Source: an uncultured bacterium
GTDB taxonomy: Bacteria > Omnitrophota > Omnitrophia > Omnitrophales > JACQLI01
Assembly (NCBI GenBank): GCA_964565495.1
Contig: CAZMFE010000003.1
Coordinates: forward strand, 1 to 25,962
Length of the DNA stretch: 25,962 nucleotides
Reading direction: 5' to 3'
Shown: piece by piece, positions 21,279 through 25,962 of the stretch
How positions within the stretch are numbered: the stretch's first letter is position 1
How the letters are laid out: every line of letters starts with the position of its first letter
Notes under the pieces: generated by a model
The model's input: the letters and a program-made list of their open reading frames with translations, nothing else
What the model was told of the DNA's origin: nothing
The model's database searches: none
Position numbers and translations under genes: made by a program

Positions 21279-24200
21279 ATGCGGAAAAAGAGTAGGCGTA
21301 GAGTTCTCGGGGTGTGCACGGGAATTTTATTTTTTTTCTTCCCGCTCCAGGAAACTTACCCCCTTCCTTCCGTTGAAGAAGTAGTGGAGGGGACCGCCAC
21401 GGTTGAAAAAGTCGACAAGACCACTCTCAATGTTACCGCTTCCGGCGATTCGATCATTCATTGGAACTCCTTTGACATCGCCGCTAATGAGACGGTGAAT
21501 TTCTTCCTTCCTTCCCTGGACAATTTTTCACTCAACCGGGTTCAAAGCGGAAGCACCACCCAAGTCCTCGGCACGCTCACCGCGAATGGCAATTTGATTC
21601 TGGTGAATACCGACGGATTTTATTTCGGTTCGACCGCCTCGGTGAATGTCGGCGGACTCATTGCCTCGACCCATGACATTACCAACGCGAATTTTCTTTC
21701 CGGTCATTATCTCTTTGCCGGAACGGAGACCAACCATCCCACCTCCACTTCGATCCTCCATGAGGGGAGTATCCTCACTCGAGAGGGTGGGATGGCGGTT
21801 TTGGTGGCCGATGCGATCGAGAATCGCGGCACGATCGAGGCGCCCCTCGGAACCGTGGCCTTGGCGGCCGGGGAAGTGGTCACAGTCGCAATTTCTCCCA
21901 ATGGCCTCATCACGATTGGAATCGATCAGCCCACCGCTCATACGATCTTGGATAAAGAGGGTCAGCCTATCACCGAACAAGTCAAAAATTCAGGGGAGCT
22001 CACGGCGAATAGCGGCAAAGTCTCCCTCCAGGCCCAGGCCGTGGATCAAATCTTTCAAAGCGCCATTAATCTCGCGGGAACCGTGCGGGCCGATACGGTC
22101 CAAGTGGGCAAGGATGGAGTCATTGAAATTGTGGCTTCTGGACCGATCCAGACCGATGCCACCCTCAGCGCCGACAAGGGAGAAATAGTTCTTGATACTT
22201 CTAAAGATCTTACCGTCACAGGCCCTGCCACCACTTATGGCAACACCACTTTTCAGGCGGATCGGGATATTCATGTGGAGAGCGCTGTCACCACGCATTC
22301 GGGGAACCTCTCCTTCAAAGCCGATTTTGACTTGGATGGGGTGGGGGCCTTCCTTCAGGCGGCTGGAACCACGCTTACCACCACAGGCTTTGGAGATATC
22401 TTGATTTCTGCCTCCGGGGAGAGCACCCTCGCCAATATTGTCTCAGCGGGGAGCCTCTATCTGAATCAAGCCGGAGCCCTAGTCACTTATACCCAGCATC
22501 CCAATGCCATCTTGACCCTCGCCGGTTCCCTCACGATTGGGGCGGGGGTGAGCCTCAAGGCCGCCAACGCGGTTTATGAGGTAGCCAAGGACTGGATCAA
22601 TCTAGGGGACTTTATTCCTGGGTTATCCCTCGTGAAGCTCGTGGGGCCGCTGGATGCCCAAGTAAAAGGCTCAAACAAGTTCAATGATTTTATGATCATT
22701 GGACCTGGGAAAACGGTTATTTTTGACTCAGGCACCACTCAAGATATTGTCGGCACTCTTACCTTTCAGGGCGGATTCGGGAAGCTTCTTACCCTCAGAT
22801 CCTCCATTCCCGCCACCCCTTGGAAGATCAATCCCACAGGTGTGAGAGATATCTCTTATGTGGACCTCAAGGACTCCACAAATATCAATATCCATGGGCC
22901 CCCGATTGTAGTCTTTTATAGCAAAAACTCCCTCGCGAACTCGGGCTGGGATTTCTCCGAAGCTGGTCCCGTGTGGACCGGTCTCGGAAATTCGTCTTTT
23001 TGGTCTGATCCTCTCAATTGGAACGGCGGATTCGTGCCCGGCCCAGGCGACAGGGTCACATTTACCTCCCTTTCTTCCTCCAATTCTTTAATTGATCCTC
23101 TTTTTGAAGGGACTATTTTAAGCCTTATCCTTGACTCTTCTTACTCCGGAACCGTCTCCCTCAGCCGGAACCTCACTGTGTCAAAAGACGTCACTCTGCA
23201 GGGAGGCACCTTGTCGCTTAACGCTTATAGCTTAACGCTTGGCTGGAACTGGACCCTCAATGGCGGCATCTTCGAAGCCGGCACCTCCACCGTGGTCTTC
23301 AATGATGCCTCCCGAGTCTCTACCATTTCGGGAAGCAATACCTTCTATAACTTCAGCTCTCTGACCCCCTCTAAATATATCCTTTTTGAAGCGGGAGAGA
23401 CTCAGACGATCCGGGGAACCTTCAAGATTGAAGGAGCCTACAGCCGGCACATCCGGATGCTTTCTACTGAGACCGGAAGCCATTGGTATATCGATCCCCA
23501 AGGCCCCCGGGACATTAGCTACGCCTGGGTAGAGGATGCTTACAACATCAATCCGATTGAAATCATCATGATCGAATCCACCAATCAGAGGAATGGCGTG
23601 GGCTGGGACCCCACAGCCACCTGGACAAATGGCGGCCTGGACGGAGTCTGGTCCAATTGTTCCAACTGGTCCGGACTCGGAGGTTGTCCTGCTACGCCTG
23701 GTTCGGGAGACGATGTGGTCTTCGATGCCACCAGTGACTCGAACTCAAGTGTTGATGCCGCCTTCACCATCACCACCCTTTCCTTGAATTCCGGTTACAA
23801 CAGCACGGTCACCTTGAACGCCGCTCTGAGTGTCACTAGCGGCGCCGCCGATGTCACGATCAATAGCGGCACTCTTAACGCCAATAATCGGACCCTCACG
23901 ATAAGTGATGATTTCATCGTGGGAGCGAGCGGCACCTTCTCCGAAGGGACAAGCACGGTCGTCTTTCTTGACAATCTTGGCTCTACCATCAATGTCAACG
24001 TGAGCGAGACCTTTAACAACCTCACGATCAATATAACACACAGCGCCGATCTCACCATCACCAGTGGTGACACCCTCATTGTCGCAGGCACTCTCACCCT
24101 GACCAATGGAAACGTCCTCACCGGCACGATCGATGCCCGCGGGAATATCACCCAAGCCTCCACCTTTGACGGCGGCTCGGCCATTATTGACTTTGGAGAC

Positions 24201-25962
24201 AACGCCGTGGCTCAGACCTACACCTCCAACGGCGGCAAAGGTCCCTGGATTCGCTTTGATAACGCCTCCGATGCCTCCGATTCGGTCGTCCTCAATGCCG
24301 CTACCACCTTCTTTGGACTTGACATCACTGCAGACTTTTCCGGCACCGTTCCCTTCACTTATAACGGCTTCAATCTCACCTTAAGCGGCAGCAACACCGA
24401 AATTGGAGGTTTCACCCAGGCCGCAGGGACCTTCAATGCCCCGACGACCCTTACCATCGGCACCGTCGGCAACACGGACAGGGCCAACTTCACCATCTCG
24501 GGCGGCACCTTCAATGAGGGGACCACGACGATCTTTGGCGCATCCGCCCCGGCGATCAATGTCAACGTGAGCGAGACTTTCACCGATCTTCAATTTAATT
24601 TACCGAACGGCAGTAACGGCACTATTACCAGCGGAGACACCCTGATTGTGACCGGCACCCTCACCCTGACCGATGGAACCATCCTCACCGGCACCATGGA
24701 AGCGCGGGGGAATGTCACAGTCGCCTCGACCTACGACACTGGCAGCACCGCTCCTCTTCTTTTCAGCGGAAGCGCAGCCAGCGGACTCGCCACCCAAACC
24801 TTCGATCTCACAGGAGCCACAGGGGCTTTCAACGCCGACATCACCATCACCAAGGACGAAGGACAAGTGAACCTCCTCTCCGCCCTCGTGATGGATGCGA
24901 CGAACCAGGATTTGACACTTTCGAATGCGACGAGCATTTTGTATTTGAATGGAAGCAACCTTACCGTCAACGGAACAGGGAGCACATTTTCCAATAACGG
25001 GGTCCTTCAGTTACAAGGTAGTGAGACCGCGACCCTTCCGAGCGGCGCCAACGACACCAATTCCGGCACTTGGACATACATCGGCGATGGGGACGGCGTC
25101 CAGGATACGTTTGATTTGACAGATTTCGGTACAAGCGATTATTACAACCTTACGATCAACACCACCGACACCAATGACATCATCCGATTAACCTCAGGAC
25201 TCGCCATCGATGGGACTCTCATCGTGACCTCCGGCATTCTCTCTTTAAACGGTAGCAGCATTTCAGACATCTCCGGAGGAGACACTGCCGCCCGCGGAAA
25301 TATCGCCGGGACGGTCCGCTTGCAGGGTGGGGAGACCGTCTTCTGGACCACCAACGACACGGATTCCGGGACCTATGAATACGTCGGCGACGGCGCCGGC
25401 GGCACCGTGACGTTTACCCTCCTTTCCTTCACCGGAACCGATTATAACAATCTTACGATCAACTCAACGGCCGGAGATGAAAACTTTCAGGTGGGAGCTG
25501 CGCTTGTTGTAGCAGGCGATTTAACCACAACGAGTGGAACGATCACCGGAACGAATGATCTTACCGTCCAAGGAGGCGATGTCACAGGCAATGGCGACAT
25601 TAATCTCACCGGTGGCACCTTCACTCTCGACGGCACCGGAAACTTCGGCGGGAATACGGCCTGGGATTTCTACAACCTCACCTTTGGCGATGGCGCAGGA
25701 TCGGCCACCACCACCAAGACGGGCACCGGCTCCATCACCGTCGCCAATGATCTCACGATTGCGGCCAGTCAGAACCTGGATATCGGAGATGATACCTGGA
25801 CCGTGACCGGGGACCTGACCATGACAGGAAATATCTCTGCCGGCACCGGCAACCTGACCGTCAACGGAGGCGCTGTCACCGGCAACGGAGACATCACCCT
25901 CACCGCAGGCACCTTCACTCTCGACGGCACCGGAAACTTCGGCGGGAATACGGCCTGGGATT
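21279..25962 (+). CDS. Giant secreted filamentous-haemagglutinin/TpsA-like protein, 3'-truncated by the window (at least 1561 aa)
   Basis: Signal peptide MRKKSRRRVLGVCTGILFFFFPLQETYP, haemagglutination-activity/TPS domain (WNSFDI…ETVNF…LNRV…GTLTANG…LVNTDGFYFG…VGGLIAST), Thr/Gly/Asn-rich beta-helix-like repeats. I read no stop in this frame to the window end, which explains its absence from the ORF track. Confidence 0.92.
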   Translation, partial: MRKKSRRRVLGVCTGILFFFFPLQETYPLPSVEEVVEGTATVEKVDKTTLNVTASGDSIIHWNSFDIAANETVNFFLPSLDNFSLNRVQSGSTTQVLGTLTANGNLILVNTDGFYFGSTASVNVGGLIASTHDITNANFLSGHYLFAGTETNHPTSTSILHEGSILTREGGMAVLVADAIENRGTIEAPLGTVALAAGEVVTVAISPNGLITIGIDQPTAHTILDKEGQPITEQVKNSGELTANSGKVSLQAQAVDQIFQSAINLAGTVRADTVQVGKDGVIEIVASGPIQTDATLSADKGEIVLDTSKDLTVTGPATTYGNTTFQADRDIHVESAVTTHSGNLSFKADFDLDGVGAFLQAAGTTLTTTGFGDILISASGESTLANIVSAGSLYLNQAGALVTYTQHPNAILTLAGSLTIGAGVSLKAANAVYEVAKDWINLGDFIPGLSLVKLVGPLDAQVKGSNKFNDFMIIGPGKTVIFDSGTTQDIVGTLTFQGGFGKLLTLRSSIPATPWKINPTGVRDISYVDLKDSTNINIHGPPIVVFYSKNSLANSGWDFSEAGPVWTGLGNSSFWSDPLNWNGGFVPGPGDRVTFTSLSSSNSLIDPLFEGTILSLILDSSYSGTVSLSRNLTVSKDVTLQGGTLSLNAYSLTLGWNWTLNGGIFEAGTSTVVFNDASRVSTISGSNTFYNFSSLTPSKYILFEAGETQTIRGTFKIEGAYSRHIRMLSTETGSHWYIDPQGPRDISYAWVEDAYNINPIEIIMIESTNQRNGVGWDPTATWTNGGLDGVWSNCSNWSGLGGCPATPGSGDDVVFDATSDSNSSVDAAFTITTLSLNSGYNSTVTLNAALSVTSGAADVTINSGTLNANNRTLTISDDFIVGASGTFSEGTSTVVFLDNLGSTINVNVSETFNNLTINITHSADLTITSGDTLIVAGTLTLTNGNVLTGTIDARGNITQASTFDGGSAIIDFGDNAVAQTYTSNGGKGPWIRFDNASDASDSVVLNAATTFFGLDITADFSGTVPFTYNGFNLTLSGSNTEIGGFTQAAGTFNAPTTLTIGTVGNTDRANFTISGGTFNEGTTTIFGASAPAINVNVSETFTDLQFNLPNGSNGTITSGDTLIVTGTLTLTDGTILTGTMEARGNVTVASTYDTGSTAPLLFSGSAASGLATQTFDLTGATGAFNADITITKDEGQVNLLSALVMDATNQDLTLSNATSILYLNGSNLTVNGTGSTFSNNGVLQLQGSETATLPSGANDTNSGTWTYIGDGDGVQDTFDLTDFGTSDYYNLTINTTDTNDIIRLTSGLAIDGTLIVTSGILSLNGSSISDISGGDTAARGNIAGTVRLQGGETVFWTTNDTDSGTYEYVGDGAGGTVTFTLLSFTGTDYNNLTINSTAGDENFQVGAALVVAGDLTTTSGTITGTNDLTVQGGDVTGNGDINLTGGTFTLDGTGNFGGNTAWDFYNLTFGDGAGSATTTKTGTGSITVANDLTIAASQNLDIGDDTWTVTGDLTMTGNISAGTGNLTVNGGAVTGNGDITLTAGTFTLDGTGNFGGNTAWD
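25614..25962 (+). repeat. Exact 55-bp direct repeat inside the adhesin
   Basis: 25614-25668 is identical to 25908-25962 (offset 294 bp = 98 codons), encoding GTFTLDGTGNFGGNTAWD. Confidence 0.95.

Noticed and set aside
21528-25806. The many short ORFs listed by the track in this region
   Set aside because: All are alternative-frame or antisense shadows of the single open frame starting at 21279.
25614-25962. Diversity-generating retroelement TR/VR pair
   Set aside because: The copies are identical or differ without adenine bias, both are in-frame coding units, and no reverse transcriptase is seen.

Overview
Bacterial chromosomal window, probably PVC superphylum and possibly Candidatus Omnitrophota (inferred from gene content and order only). 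Positions 1-19.8 kb are mostly housekeeping: a probable rpoA tail, rplQ (bL17 with a long tail), a class I aminotransferase, a roughly half-length mfd, surA-like PPIase, pdxA, rsmA, gatCAB, tsaD, mgtC-family, larB, stand-alone larC C-terminal domain, ZIP transporter, hisG, a 32-aa bS22/mS38-like gene missed by the ORF track, ispE, Zn-ribbon SpoVG and tRNA-Gln(UUG). A reverse-strand PEGA-protein/GT2 pair splits pdxA from rsmA. After the tRNA comes an island-like region: an MNT-HEPN module with a frameshifted HEPN, an 11-bp phased repeat array, a 10-bp copy of the tRNA 3' end, and the first 1561 codons of a giant filamentous-haemagglutinin/TpsA-type protein that runs off the window and is absent from the ORF track. 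The best leads are (i) a minimal Mfd lacking D7 and most N-terminal domains, bracketed by related foldback elements, (ii) GTCATTGCG palindromes translated inside tsaD, rsmA, pdxA and GT2, (iii) an inverted repeat masking the spoVG ribosome-binding site, (iv) a possible membrane-targeting helix on bL17 and (v) the tRNA-linked giant adhesin locus. All assignments come from motif recognition by eye; no searches were run.
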